Positions 41,354 through 54,432 of a stretch of 64,000 nucleotides of DNA are shown piece after piece. The notes under the pieces were generated by a model. That model worked only from the letters and a program-made list of their open reading frames with translations. It made no database searches and was not told where the DNA came from. Where the stretch lies: positions 1,024,001-1,088,000 of the forward strand of contig OZ219754.1 in assembly GCA_964291295.2 (NCBI GenBank), in the 5' to 3' direction. The stretch comes from an uncultured Candidatus Binatia bacterium. Its GTDB lineage: Bacteria; Desulfobacterota; Binatia; UBA9968; JAJDTQ01. The number at the start of each line of letters is the position of its first letter. Positions within the stretch are counted from its first letter, which is position 1. A program made the position numbers and the translations under genes.

Positions 41354-42562
41354 ATGCCTTCTTCCCTCCTGTCGATCCTCGTCCTGGTCACCGCCACCCA
41401 CATCATCGGGGCCTCGGCGCAGTACGGCATCAATACCTTCGCCCCCTTCTATCAGCAGGAGCTCGGCCTGAGCCGCGCCCAGGTGGGGCTTTTTTTCACC
41501 GCCTTCTACATCGGAATGGCCGGGTTCTCGTTTGCCGCGGGATGGTTCAGCGACCGCCTGGGCGTACGCCGGGCGTCGTTCATCGGCCATGTGTTCGCGG
41601 GCACGGCGGTGGTCTTCGCTTCCGCGGCGGGGACTTTCGGCTGGGCCTTCGCCTGTTTTCTCCTGGCCGGCCTGGGCTACAGTTTCCTCAACCCCGCTTC
41701 CACCAAGGGGGTGCTGATGTGGTTCCGGCGCCACCGCGCCACTGCCATGGGCGTCAAGCAGACCGGCGTACCCGCCGGCGGCGTGCTGACGGCGCTGGCG
41801 GGCGCACCCCTGGCGGCGCTCTTCGGGTGGCGCGCCACTCTCGCCGGTCTGGGCGTGATCAACGTGCTGTTCGGTGTGGCGTTCCGGTTTCTCTGGCACG
41901 AGCCGGCGGACGCCGACGGCGGCGGCGGCGTCCGCTCCGGCGCGGCCGGCCGCGCCAGGCTGCGCATCCGGAGCCTGCTGGCCCTGAGCTGCGGCACCGC
42001 GCTGCTGCTCATCGGCCAGATGTCCCTGCTCACCTACCTGCCGCTGTTTCTCAAGGAGAAGCTGGCCTTTTCCACGGTCCACGCCAGTCAGTGGCTGTCC
42101 ATCACCCAGAGCGGCGCCGTGTTCGGCCGCATCGGCTGGGGCACGGTCAGCGACCGTCTCTGCGGCGGCCGGCGCAAGATCGTTCTGGTGTGCATCGGTG
42201 TCATCTCGGTGCTGCTGGCAGCGGCGTTGAGCATCGTGGACCAGGGGGTCTCGCCGTTCGTCCTGGTACCCCTGACCTTCCTCGCGGGGTTCACCATGAT
42301 CGGCTATCAGGGCGTGTCCTATTCCCTCATCAGCGAGATCGCCGGACAGTCGAGGGCCGGAATGGCCCTGGGCCTGATGATCACCATCAACGCCCTGGGG
42401 ACGGTGGCGGGCACGCCCACGTTCGGCTACATCGTCGACGCCACCGGCTCTTACGCCGCGGCGTGGCAGGCGCTGGCGTGCGTGCTGGCGTTGGGAACGG
42501 TCAACATCGCCCTGTTCGTGACGGAGGCCCGCGGCGGCGATGCGGCGCCATCCCGCGGCTGA
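41354..42562 (+). CDS. MFS transporter
   Basis: ~12 hydrophobic segments; GWFSDRLGVRR, GTVSDRL. Confidence 0.88.
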   Translation: MPSSLLSILVLVTATHIIGASAQYGINTFAPFYQQELGLSRAQVGLFFTAFYIGMAGFSFAAGWFSDRLGVRRASFIGHVFAGTAVVFASAAGTFGWAFACFLLAGLGYSFLNPASTKGVLMWFRRHRATAMGVKQTGVPAGGVLTALAGAPLAALFGWRATLAGLGVINVLFGVAFRFLWHEPADADGGGGVRSGAAGRARLRIRSLLALSCGTALLLIGQMSLLTYLPLFLKEKLAFSTVHASQWLSITQSGAVFGRIGWGTVSDRLCGGRRKIVLVCIGVISVLLAAALSIVDQGVSPFVLVPLTFLAGFTMIGYQGVSYSLISEIAGQSRAGMALGLMITINALGTVAGTPTFGYIVDATGSYAAAWQALACVLALGTVNIALFVTEARGGDAAPSRG

Positions 42563-42582
42563 CCCCGGGGCCGCCGGTGCGT

Positions 42583-42611
42583 TTGGCTTGATGGCCGGCG
42601 GATGCTATCAT
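42583..42611 (+). promoter_or_regulatory. putative sigma70 promoter for gyrBA
   Basis: TTGGCT-N17-TATCAT with extended -10 TG. Confidence 0.5.
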
Positions 42612-42662
42612 TTGTCAGGCGCGGTGTTCTGCCGAGCCACTCCGTGATACCGGAATCCGTGA

Positions 42663-45185
<2,523 letters not shown>

Positions 45186-45288
45186 ACCGTTACCCTCGTG
45201 TCGAACATGAAACGACAGGCGCCGGTGCCGCGGGCCTCCTCCCTGCCGGCGTCGTGCCGCACGCAGTTCTTCGGTTGAGCCTGCCGCC

Positions 45289-47724
45289 ATGGAACCCGGA
45301 ACGAGACAGCAGAAAGTCCCCGTCTATATCGAGGACGAGATGCGCCAGTCCTACGTGGACTACGCCATGAGCGTCATCGTGGGGCGGGCGCTGCCCGACG
45401 TGCGGGACGGATTGAAGCCGGTGCACCGGCGGGTGCTCTTCGCCATGCACGACATGGGCAACCACTGGAACCACGCCTACCGCAAGTCCGCCCGGGTCGT
45501 GGGCGACGTCATCGGCAAATACCACCCCCACGGCGACGCCGCCGCCTACGACGCCATCGTCCGTCTCGCCCAGGACTTCTCCATGCGCTACTGCCTGGTG
45601 GACGGCCAGGGCAACTTCGGCTCCATCGACGGTGACCCGCCGGCTGCCATGCGCTACACGGAAATCCGCATGGCGCGCATCGCGCAGGAACTGCTTGCCG
45701 ACATCGACAAGGAGACCGTTGACTTCCTGCCCAACTACGACGACTCCCTGGAGGAGCCGTCGGTGCTGCCGTCGCGCCTGCCCAACCTGCTCATCAACGG
45801 CGCGTCGGGCATTGCCGTGGGCATGGCCACCAATATCCCGCCGCACAACCTGGGAGAGGTCATCGACGGTCTCATCGCACTGGTGGAGCGGCCCGGGCTG
45901 ACCATCGACGAGTTGATGGAGTACATTCCCGGCCCCGACTTTCCCACCGGGGGGTTCATTCACGGCCGTGACGGTATTCGCCAAGGCTACAAGACCGGGC
46001 GCGGCAGCGTGCAGATGCGCGCGCGAATCTCCACCGAAACCGTCAAGCGTACGGGCAAGGAGCAGATCATCGTCTCCGAGATCCCGTACATGGTGAACAA
46101 GACCCGGCTGCTGGAGCAGATCGCCAGCCTGGTCAACGACAAGAAGATCGACGGGATCGCTGACTTGCGGGACGAGTCCGATCGCGACGGTATGCGCATC
46201 GTGGTCGAGCCCAAGCGCGATGCGGTGCCGCAGATCGTCATCAACGCCCTCTACAAGCACACGAGCCTTCAGGAATCCTTCGGCGTCAACATGCTGGCCA
46301 TCATCGAGGGCCGACCCAAGCTCCTGAACCTGAAGGAGATTCTTCATGCCTTCCTCGATCACCGCCGGGAAACCGTCACCCGGCGGACGGTCTACGACCT
46401 GAGGAAGGCCGAGGAGCGGCTGCACATCCTCGAAGGGCTCAGGATCGCCCTCGACAACCTCGACGCGGTCATCACCCTGATCCGCGAATCGTCGGACCCG
46501 CGCTCCGCCCGGGAAGGCCTGATGGCCCGCTTCGGCCTTTCCGACGCTCAGGCCCAGGCGATCCTGGAGATGCGCCTGCAACGGCTTACCGGTCTGGAGC
46601 GCGACAAGATCATCGACGAGTACCGGGCCACCGCGGCCACCATAGCCGAACTGCGGGGGATTCTGGCCGACGAGCGAAAGGTGTTCGGCATCATCGTCGA
46701 GGAGCTTCGGGCTGTCAGGGAGGCTTACGGCGACGGGCGCCGCACCGCCATCGTGGACAAGGCCGAGGAGATATCCATCGAGGACCTGATCGTGGAGGAG
46801 GACATGGTGGTGACCTTGTCCCACGAGGGGTACATCAAGCGCAATCCGATCACGCTGTACCGCGCGCAGCGCCGCGGCGGCAAGGGCAAGATCGGCACCA
46901 CCACCAAGGAAGAGGATTTCGTCGAATATCTGTTCGTCGCATCCACCCACTCCCACATCCTGTTCTTCACCACCATCGGCAAGGTCTACCGTATCAAGGT
47001 CCACGAGCTGCCTCAGGGCGGCCGCGCCGCCAGGGGCCGGCCCGTTGTGAATCTGTTGCAGCTTCAGGACGGCGAGAAGGTGTCGGCGTTCCTGCCCGTA
47101 CGGGAGTTCCAGCAGGGCCGCTACGTGATCTTCGCGACCCAGAACGGGCTGGTCAAGAAGACCGCCCTGATGGCCTATTCGAGTCCCCGGGCCACCGGCA
47201 TCCGCGCCATCGCGCTGGACGAGCGCGACTCGCTGATCGCGGTCCGCCTCACCGACGGCGATCAGGATATCCTGCTGTCAACCATGGACGGCCAGTCCAT
47301 CCGCTTCAAGGAGGGTCAGGTGCGCGCCACCGGCCGCGACACCATGGGGGTCATCGGGATCCGGCTGGAAGAAAACGACCAAGTGGTAAGCATGGAGGTG
47401 CTGCGCCCCGGCGCATCGATCCTCACGGCCTCCGACAAGGGCATGGGCAAGCGCACCGGCATCAACGAGTACCGGCTGCAAGGGCGCGGCGGGCGGGGCC
47501 TCATCACCATGAAGACCACCGAGCGGACCGGTCGCGTGGTGGGCGTGCAGCAGGTGGTGGACGAGGACCAGTTGATGCTGATCACCGACGGCGGCAAGAT
47601 CATTCGGCTCCGGATCGGCGACCTCCGCGTCATCGGCAGAAACACCCAGGGCGTCCGCCTCATCGATCTCGACAACGGCGAGCGGGTGGTCTCCCTGACC
47701 CGGTTGGCCGAAGACGACAATTAG
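45289..47724 (+). CDS. gyrA: DNA gyrase subunit A
   Basis: [21 protein letters not shown], GyrA box QRRGGKG. Confidence 0.98.
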   Translation: MEPGTRQQKVPVYIEDEMRQSYVDYAMSVIVGRALPDVRDGLKPVHRRVLFAMHDMGNHWNHAYRKSARVVGDVIGKYHPHGDAAAYDAIVRLAQDFSMRYCLVDGQGNFGSIDGDPPAAMRYTEIRMARIAQELLADIDKETVDFLPNYDDSLEEPSVLPSRLPNLLINGASGIAVGMATNIPPHNLGEVIDGLIALVERPGLTIDELMEYIPGPDFPTGGFIHGRDGIRQGYKTGRGSVQMRARISTETVKRTGKEQIIVSEIPYMVNKTRLLEQIASLVNDKKIDGIADLRDESDRDGMRIVVEPKRDAVPQIVINALYKHTSLQESFGVNMLAIIEGRPKLLNLKEILHAFLDHRRETVTRRTVYDLRKAEERLHILEGLRIALDNLDAVITLIRESSDPRSAREGLMARFGLSDAQAQAILEMRLQRLTGLERDKIIDEYRATAATIAELRGILADERKVFGIIVEELRAVREAYGDGRRTAIVDKAEEISIEDLIVEEDMVVTLSHEGYIKRNPITLYRAQRRGGKGKIGTTTKEEDFVEYLFVASTHSHILFFTTIGKVYRIKVHELPQGGRAARGRPVVNLLQLQDGEKVSAFLPVREFQQGRYVIFATQNGLVKKTALMAYSSPRATGIRAIALDERDSLIAVRLTDGDQDILLSTMDGQSIRFKEGQVRATGRDTMGVIGIRLEENDQVVSMEVLRPGASILTASDKGMGKRTGINEYRLQGRGGRGLITMKTTERTGRVVGVQQVVDEDQLMLITDGGKIIRLRIGDLRVIGRNTQGVRLIDLDNGERVVSLTRLAEDDN

Positions 47725-47821
47725 CGGCGTGCGCCGCGGAAAATGCCGCAAGTTCCTGTTGGCGGTATTGAAGAACGGGAACCGATGGACGATTCACTGT
47801 TTGAATCTCTAGAATGTCCTT

Positions 47822-48664
47822 ATGGTTGAAATCAACAAAATTCATAAGGCAGATACCTTTGCCGTATTGCATCAGATAGAAGATGATTCCATCGATCTGG
47901 TTGTTTGTGATGGGCCTTATGGAGTGACGGTAAACGAATGGGACAGGATTGACGGCATCCAGGAATTCAATTTGAAACTTGTCAAGTTGTTCTCTTCCAA
48001 AATGAAGATGGGAGCCGCCCTGTATCTTTTTGGAAAACCCGATTGTATTGATTTTATTGATTACCGTCCGTTTCTCAGCCTGAAACGAAAAATCGTCTGG
48101 TATCAACCAGGTCGACTTGCCCAGGGTAGAATAAACTATACGAACAATTACGATGTGATCTGCTATTTCATCAAAGGGAAAGGGGCGAGAGCCTTCAATC
48201 TGGATGATATCCGGATTCCTCAGCTTGTCGAGTTGAGTCATCGGCAGCGGTGTGAACGGGTCCCGTCCGTTACCAATGGCAGATTCGGCAAAACCAGGTT
48301 CAATGGGAACGGAAAGAACCCGGGGGATGTCTGGGGGGATATCAAACAACTCACTTACAAATCAAAGGAACTTGTGAGTCGCGATACTCTGAATACCATC
48401 CAGAAACCGGAGAAGCTTATCGAGAGACTTGTCAAAGCCAGTTCCAATGAAGGGGATCTGATTCTCGATCCGTTTGCAGGGGTTGGCACCTGTCCTTTGG
48501 TATGCAGGAAATTGAACAGAAATTTCATAGGAATTGAACAGAAGGAGGATTTTGTTCGAAAGGCAAATCAGAGATTGTCCGATTATGCTCAATCATTGGC
48601 AGGTGTCCATGAAACGCAAAATTCATTCTCATATGATTCGCTTGATCATCAAGGCGGCAAATGA
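47822..48664 (+). CDS. beta-class N4/N6 DNA methyltransferase (AT-rich insert)
   Basis: IDLVVCDGPYG (motif IV), QKPEKLIERL, LDPFAGVGT (motif I). Confidence 0.88.
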   Translation: MVEINKIHKADTFAVLHQIEDDSIDLVVCDGPYGVTVNEWDRIDGIQEFNLKLVKLFSSKMKMGAALYLFGKPDCIDFIDYRPFLSLKRKIVWYQPGRLAQGRINYTNNYDVICYFIKGKGARAFNLDDIRIPQLVELSHRQRCERVPSVTNGRFGKTRFNGNGKNPGDVWGDIKQLTYKSKELVSRDTLNTIQKPEKLIERLVKASSNEGDLILDPFAGVGTCPLVCRKLNRNFIGIEQKEDFVRKANQRLSDYAQSLAGVHETQNSFSYDSLDHQGGK

Positions 48665-49117
48665 AGCTCGAAAATCAGGTATTGTCAACTTGCTCCAACC
48701 GGGCTTGGTGAAGGAGATGATAATTGCGGACCTCTTGGTCATAAGCTGATTGTTTCAAAAAGAGATGCGGATGCGTGTTCATTTTTCGATGAACATGAAA
48801 AATATGAATACCTTTCGTGTTTGGAGGGAGGGTCGGGTCAGCTTGACAGAATGTTCAGTAATCCTCCTGAAAAAAGAGGGGATTCACTCCACAGAATTAC
48901 AAGAAATTCCATGTTTTATCTTGCTGTGTTCTACGGAGACAACCGGACAAGATGTAAAATCATATATGAAATCAGGGTGGACGATGTTCTGAATGAGGCC
49001 AATCGCCAACTTGATGCCAGTCGAAACGACATATCTCATATTGGTTTTTCAGTAGATTGGGCAAGAAGCAAGGGCAAGGTTGTTCATGAAGACAAGACAT
49101 CTTTGCCAGGGCTATAA
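48609..49117 (+). pseudogene. putative cognate restriction endonuclease, frameshifted by a 1-bp deletion
   Basis: ..KEMIIADLL then shift to GHKLIVSKRDADAC..YEYLSC..; adding 1 nt near 48737 gives a 169-aa ORF; nuclease function inferred from context. Confidence 0.6.
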
Positions 49118-49318
49118 TCCCCAGGATTTTTGCAGAACGGATATCCACCAGAGTCCCAGTTCCCAATTCGTGACCCATGATGGAACGAGGCGGCACATTT
49201 CCGGAATTTCGGACGAAAGTCTGGCCGTGTCCCCCGTCCGCCGCATCCCGAAGCGTCCTGTGAGTCACGCTCCCGGGAGCCTGTCCGGACGACGCTCCGG
49301 CCTCTTTGGATTCCCGAA

Positions 49319-50350
49319 ATGGCCATCGGCATCATAGGCGCGGGCGGCTGGGGAACGGCGCTGGCTGTCCTCCTGTGCCGGCGCCACCATCGGGTGGCCC
49401 TGTGGTGCCATTCCGCGGACACTTTCGCGCGGATGCGGGAGACCGGCGAGAACGCCGTCTACCTGCCCGGCGTCAGGTTGCCGGAGCGCCTGGAGGTCAC
49501 CCGTTCGCTGGAAAACGCGGTGCGCGGCCGCGAACTGCTCATCGGCGTGACGCCGTCCCACTTCCTGCGCGAGGTCATGGGCCGGGCGGCTCCCTACGTG
49601 GCGCCCGAAGCCATCGTCGCGTGCGGCTCCAAGGGAATCGAGGAGTCGACCTTGATGACCATGGGCGGCGTTCTGGAGGAGATCCTGGGTCGCCCGGAGC
49701 GGCACGCGTTCCTGTCCGGACCGACTTTTGCCCTGGAGGTGGCCCGGGGGCGGCCCGCCGCCATCACCGTGGCAAGCCGCGACCGGGAGGTGGCCGCCCG
49801 GGTGCAGCGGAGCCTCGGCTCTCCGGAGTTCCGGGTCTATACGTCCACCGATGTGGTGGGCGTCCAGATGGGCGGCGTGATCAAGAACGTCATCGCCATC
49901 GCCGCGGGCGTCAGCGACGGCCTGGAGCTCGGCCACAACGCCAGGGCCGCGCTCATCACCCGGGGGTTGGCCGAGATGATCCGCCTGGCCGTGAAGATGG
50001 GCGCCGAGCCGGCCACCCTCTCCGGCCTTCCGGGCCTTGGCGACCTCGTGCTCACCTGCACCGGCCAGCTGAGCCGCAACCGCGGGGTCGGCCGCGAGCT
50101 GGGCCGGGGGCGCCCGCTTGCGGAAGTGGTCGGTGCAACCCGGGCGGTGGCGGAGGGTATCCGCAATACCCGCTCCGTGCGCCTCCTGGCCGGGAGTCAT
50201 CATGTCGAGATGCCCATCGTGGAGCAGATGTACCGCGTGCTCTACGAGGGCAAGGATCCCATGCAGGCCGTCCGCGACCTCATGGGCCGGACCCTGAGGC
50301 CGGAGGCCGATGAAGAGTCGGCTGCCGGTCTCTTCCCCTCGGGGGATTGA
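49319..50350 (+). CDS. gpsA: NAD(P)H-dependent glycerol-3-phosphate dehydrogenase
   Basis: GAGGWGTALA, SKGIE, LSGPTFA, KNVIAIAAG, GLGDLVLTC. Confidence 0.95.
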   Translation: MAIGIIGAGGWGTALAVLLCRRHHRVALWCHSADTFARMRETGENAVYLPGVRLPERLEVTRSLENAVRGRELLIGVTPSHFLREVMGRAAPYVAPEAIVACGSKGIEESTLMTMGGVLEEILGRPERHAFLSGPTFALEVARGRPAAITVASRDREVAARVQRSLGSPEFRVYTSTDVVGVQMGGVIKNVIAIAAGVSDGLELGHNARAALITRGLAEMIRLAVKMGAEPATLSGLPGLGDLVLTCTGQLSRNRGVGRELGRGRPLAEVVGATRAVAEGIRNTRSVRLLAGSHHVEMPIVEQMYRVLYEGKDPMQAVRDLMGRTLRPEADEESAAGLFPSGD

Positions 50351-50428
50351 CGGGATTCCGCCCGCCGCAAATTGACAAGCCATCCGCCGTGTGCTTGAAA
50401 TAGAACACCGAAAGATGAAGGTGCGGAA

Positions 50429-50590
50429 ATGAAACGGACGTATCAACCAAGCAATCTCAGGCGAAAGAGAACGCACGGTTTCTTCGCGCGAATGGAGACC
50501 CCCGGCGGACGCAACGTGCTGAGGCGCCGGAGGGCCAAGGGAAGAAAGCGGTTGACCGTCGTCATCCCACCGAAGGGTCCTCGCACCTAG
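50429..50590 (+). CDS. rpmH: 50S ribosomal protein L34
   Basis: [22 protein letters not shown]...RRAKGRKRL (absent from the ORF track, 53 aa). Confidence 0.97.
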   Translation: MKRTYQPSNLRRKRTHGFFARMETPGGRNVLRRRRAKGRKRLTVVIPPKGPRT

Positions 50591-50599
50591 GACGGGCTG

Positions 50600-50974
50600 T
50601 TGTCCGTTGCCCGCGAGGGTTTCCCCAGGGAAGCCCGCCTGACCAGACGTTCCGACTTCCTGCTGCTGTCCCGCAGGGGCAGGAAGGCCTACGCGCCGCA
50701 CTTCATTATCATCCGACGAGACAACGACCACTTGGGCAGGCGGCTGGGAGTCACGGTCAGCGCCAAGGTGGGGAAGGCGGTGGTGCGCAACCGCGTCAAG
50801 CGGGCGTTGCGCGAGTTCTTTCGCCGCGGGCGGGAGCACTTCAAGCCCGACATGGATATGGTCATCATTGCCCGCCGGGGAGCGGGTGAGTTGAGTCACG
50901 CGGCCATGACCGCGGAGCTTCGCAAGCTGGTCGGCTCCGGCGTCCGGCGCGACGCGGGCCCGCCGCCTCGGTGA
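50600..50974 (+). CDS. rnpA: ribonuclease P protein component
   Basis: [21 protein letters not shown]. Confidence 0.95.
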   Translation: MSVAREGFPREARLTRRSDFLLLSRRGRKAYAPHFIIIRRDNDHLGRRLGVTVSAKVGKAVVRNRVKRALREFFRRGREHFKPDMDMVIIARRGAGELSHAAMTAELRKLVGSGVRRDAGPPPR

Positions 50975-50978
50975 CCCC

Positions 50979-51200
50979 ATGACGACCATGGCCGGCACCG
51001 CCGTGCGCGTCTGCATCAGGGCCTACCAGCGGTTTCTCTCACCGCTGCTGCCGCGCACCTGCCGGTACCATCCGACATGTTCCGCCTACGCGTTGCAGGC
51101 GGTGCACCGCCACGGCGTGGTCAAGGGCCTTGGCTTGGGTGCGTGGAGGCTCCTGCGCTGCAATCCGCTTACAGACGGAGGGTACGACCCGGTTCCATAG
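50979..51200 (+). CDS. yidD: membrane protein insertion efficiency factor
   Basis: [25 protein letters not shown]. Confidence 0.95.
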   Translation: MTTMAGTAVRVCIRAYQRFLSPLLPRTCRYHPTCSAYALQAVHRHGVVKGLGLGAWRLLRCNPLTDGGYDPVP

Positions 51201-51206
51201 GTATCC

Positions 51207-52826
51207 ATGGAAAAGCGAGCCTTCATAGCAGTCATCTTCTCGATTCTCATCATCATCCTGTACCAGGAGTACGTGAGGCGGTTCCATCCGCCGGCGCCGC
51301 CGCCCGCCCGGGAGGAGACCGCGTCCGGCCCGGGGAAGGCGGCCCCCGCGCCGCGGGTGACGCCTCCAGTGCCAGCCTCGGCTCCCGCCGTGGAGACTGC
51401 CCGGACGGTCCCGGTGCGGGATGTGACGGTGGAGACCCCCGACTATATCGCCCGCTTCACCAATCAGGGAGCCCGGCTCAAGAGCTTCCGCCTGAAGCGG
51501 TACCGTTCAGGAGTGGCCGCCGGCAGCCCGTTGATCGAAATGGTCTCTCCCGGGCCGGGGATGGAATACCCCCTGGGGCTCCGTCTCGACGACACGCCCG
51601 CGGGTACCGATCAGGCGCTGGTCTACGAAGTCCGGGGCGCGGACCTGAGTCTGAAGGAAGGCGGTGCCGGGAGCCTCGTCTTCGTCGGTGCGACGCCGTC
51701 CGGCCGCCGCGTCGTCAAGCAGTTCGACTTCAGCGGCTCCAGCCATGCGGTGGAGGTGGAAGTGTCGATGGCGGGTTCGCCGCAGGGCGCCACGCTGCTC
51801 TTCACCACCGGCGGCGAGAACAAGGGAGTCAAGGGCGATGCCTTGTTCGAGGGTGTCATCGCGTTGCGCCAGGGGGAACTGACGCGCGAATGGCCGGACG
51901 ACATCGAAGGCCGGGTGAATTTCAACGCGCCGCTTTCATGGGCCGGCTTCGGCTACACCTATTTCGTTTCCGCGCTCATCCCGGCGGAAGGCGTCGAGGC
52001 CGATGCCACCGTGATGCCGGGCCCCGGCCGGGCGCGAGGGTTTGTCCTGGAGGTCCGCGGCCGGGTTCTCCCGGCCGCGGAGCGTGTTGCCCGCTACCGG
52101 CTCTTCATGGGCCCCAAGGTGCTCAGTCTGCTCAAGTCCTTCGACCGGGGTCTCGAGGAGTCCATCGACTTCGGCTACTTCGCCTTCATCTCGGTGCCGA
52201 TGCTTCAGGCGCTGCATTTCTTCCAGACGTACACGGGCAACTACGGCCTCGACATCATCCTGCTTACCCTTGTCATCAAGCTGCTGTTGTGGCCGCTGAC
52301 GCAGAAGAGCTTCGTTTCCATGAAGCGGATGCAGAAGCTCCAGCCGCAGATGCAGCGTCTCAAGGACAAGTTCGGGGACGACAAGCAGCGCCTGAACAAG
52401 GAGATGATGGATCTCTACAAGCGGAACAAGGTGAATCCGTTCGGGAGCTGTCTGCCCATGCTCCTGCAGTTCCCTTTCTTCATTGGCTTCTACAACGCGT
52501 TGCTGACACCCATCGAGTTGCGTCACGCCAGCTTCCTGTGGATCAAGGATCTGTCCCGCCCGGACTGGGAATCGCTCCCCTTCTCGGCCTTCGGTTACGA
52601 CGTGGGCATTCCCGTGCTGGTGCTGCTCATGGGAGCGAGCATGTTCATTCAGCAGTGGATGTCGCCCGCTGTGGGCGACCCCAACCAGCGGCGCATGATG
52701 ATGCTCATGCCGCTGATCTTTACCGTGATCTTCGTGAGCTTTCCGTCGGGACTCACGATCTACTGGTTCGTGAACAATATCCTGAGCATCGCCCAGCAAT
52801 ACCTGATCAACCGGAAGGAGCGTTGA
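51207..52826 (+). CDS. yidC: membrane protein insertase YidC
   Basis: GNYGLDIILLT, SMKRMQ, VNPFGSCLP, GLTIYW. Confidence 0.95.
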   Translation: MEKRAFIAVIFSILIIILYQEYVRRFHPPAPPPAREETASGPGKAAPAPRVTPPVPASAPAVETARTVPVRDVTVETPDYIARFTNQGARLKSFRLKRYRSGVAAGSPLIEMVSPGPGMEYPLGLRLDDTPAGTDQALVYEVRGADLSLKEGGAGSLVFVGATPSGRRVVKQFDFSGSSHAVEVEVSMAGSPQGATLLFTTGGENKGVKGDALFEGVIALRQGELTREWPDDIEGRVNFNAPLSWAGFGYTYFVSALIPAEGVEADATVMPGPGRARGFVLEVRGRVLPAAERVARYRLFMGPKVLSLLKSFDRGLEESIDFGYFAFISVPMLQALHFFQTYTGNYGLDIILLTLVIKLLLWPLTQKSFVSMKRMQKLQPQMQRLKDKFGDDKQRLNKEMMDLYKRNKVNPFGSCLPMLLQFPFFIGFYNALLTPIELRHASFLWIKDLSRPDWESLPFSAFGYDVGIPVLVLLMGASMFIQQWMSPAVGDPNQRRMMMLMPLIFTVIFVSFPSGLTIYWFVNNILSIAQQYLINRKER

Positions 52827-52881
52827 GGGGCGGCGGCCGGCTGAGCCGGGACGGATGCGCCCCGTGGAGGAGAGGTTTGTC

Positions 52882-53757
52882 ATGAAGCAAGTGGAAACGG
52901 AAGGAGAGACCCTTGACCAGGCCATCACCAGGGCGCTGAATCTGTTGGGGGTCGAGCGGGACAAGGTTTCCCTGGATATTCTGGCTGAACAGAAAATGGG
53001 GCTGCTCGGTTTCGGCCGCCAGAACCCGCGGGTGCGCGCCACCATCCGGGACGCGGTGGTGCCGGAGGAGGATGCCGGAAACAAGGATGATGCCGGAAAC
53101 AGCCGCGCTGCGGACGAGCCTGTCGGCGAACCGGCGGCGAGGGTGTCCCCGGCGGTGGAGCCTGCCGCGGTGGAGCCTGCCATGGATGAGGGCGTCGCCG
53201 GCGAGCCCGAGGAAGGCGAGCCGGTCGAGGAGTTTCCGCAGACGGCTCAACGCATTGCGGAGGTTCGGGCGGTCAGCGTCGAGGTGCTGACGAAGATACT
53301 CGGGCTTATGGGCATGGATGCCGAGGTGGTGGTCAACCCGGGTACGGATTCTTCGGAGTTCGTCCTGGACATTCAGGGCGACAGCAGCGCGCTCCTCATC
53401 GGCCACAGGGGCCAGACCCTGGAGTCCCTCCAGCACATCGTCGGCCGTATCGTGGCGGAAAGGGTCGGGGCCGGCGCTCCCAAGCCTGTCGTCGACGCGG
53501 AAGACTACCGCGGAAGGCGGGTGCGGTCCCTGGAGGACATGGCGCTGCGCATGGGCGAGCAGGCCAAGCGCAGCCGGAAGACCCAGGGGATCGACACCCT
53601 CAGCGCCCGCGAGCGGCGCATTGTCCACATGGCCCTCAGGGACGACCCGTGGCTCACCACCCGGAGCCTCGGCCAAGGCGCCTGCCGGCGGCTCCTGATC
53701 ATCCCCGAAGGGGATCGCAAGGCATTGGAAACCGACCCGGCAGGCGACGGTTCGTGA
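52882..53757 (+). CDS. jag: Jag/EloR (KH-R3H) RNA-binding protein
   Basis: Jag_N, LLIGHRGQTLESLQ, ERRIVHMAL. Confidence 0.92.
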   Translation: MKQVETEGETLDQAITRALNLLGVERDKVSLDILAEQKMGLLGFGRQNPRVRATIRDAVVPEEDAGNKDDAGNSRAADEPVGEPAARVSPAVEPAAVEPAMDEGVAGEPEEGEPVEEFPQTAQRIAEVRAVSVEVLTKILGLMGMDAEVVVNPGTDSSEFVLDIQGDSSALLIGHRGQTLESLQHIVGRIVAERVGAGAPKPVVDAEDYRGRRVRSLEDMALRMGEQAKRSRKTQGIDTLSARERRIVHMALRDDPWLTTRSLGQGACRRLLIIPEGDRKALETDPAGDGS

Positions 53758-53770
53758 TGCCGGTGGTGCA

Positions 53771-53824
53771 TTGATTCCGGCGAATCCCGGTTTATAATGT
53801 GTAGTTGACCGGCTGACCGGTCAA
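53771..53824 (+). promoter_or_regulatory. promoter and TetR operator
   Basis: TTGATT-N16-TATAAT, then palindrome TTGACCGG-N4-CCGGTCAA (53805-53824). Confidence 0.75.
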
Positions 53825-53832
53825 GGAAAGCC

Positions 53833-54432
53833 ATGCCCATCGTTGTCGACAAGGAACGCAAGCGCGCGGAGATCCTGGAAGCGGCCATGACCGTCGTGGC
53901 CCAGAAGGGTTTTCATCACTCCAAGATGGAGGATGTGGCCAGTGCCGCCAGGATCGGCAAGGGAACCATCTACGAATACTTCGAGAGCAAGCACCAACTG
54001 CTCCAGGCGCTTCACGGTTACATGCTGGGCAAGCTCAAGGAATACTACGAGGAGAAGTTGCGGGGCATCGAGGAACCGCCGCAGATCATTGCGGGGTTCC
54101 TGGCCGCCGCCCTCGCAAGCTTCCGCCAATGGGAGCCCTTCTTCTACGTATTCTGCGACGTCTGGGCGGAGGCGGGCCGGGACGAGCAGCAGAGCCTCCT
54201 GCGCACGCAGTTGCGGGCCGCCTACCGATCCTCCATCAACGATCTGGTCCGGGTGATCGAGGCGGGCGTGGCCGGCGGCTTTTTCCACTGCGACCAGCCC
54301 AGGCTCGCGGCCGAGCATCTGCTGGCTTGCGTCGACGGGCTGGCGCTGCACTGGCTGTACGACCCGGAGGTCTTCGACCTGGAAGCGATGACGGAAGCCC
54401 TTACGCGGGCGGTGATGAGGAGTCTGCAATGA
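53833..54432 (+). CDS. TetR/AcrR family regulator
   Basis: ILEAA..KGF..MEDVA..IGKGTIYEYFESK HTH. Confidence 0.93.
   Translation: MPIVVDKERKRAEILEAAMTVVAQKGFHHSKMEDVASAARIGKGTIYEYFESKHQLLQALHGYMLGKLKEYYEEKLRGIEEPPQIIAGFLAAALASFRQWEPFFYVFCDVWAEAGRDEQQSLLRTQLRAAYRSSINDLVRVIEAGVAGGFFHCDQPRLAAEHLLACVDGLALHWLYDPEVFDLEAMTEALTRAVMRSLQ

Noticed and set aside
53069-53181. Short internal repeats in jag (DAGN x2, PAVE x2)
   Set aside because: Ordinary low-complexity linker between the Jag_N and KH domains.
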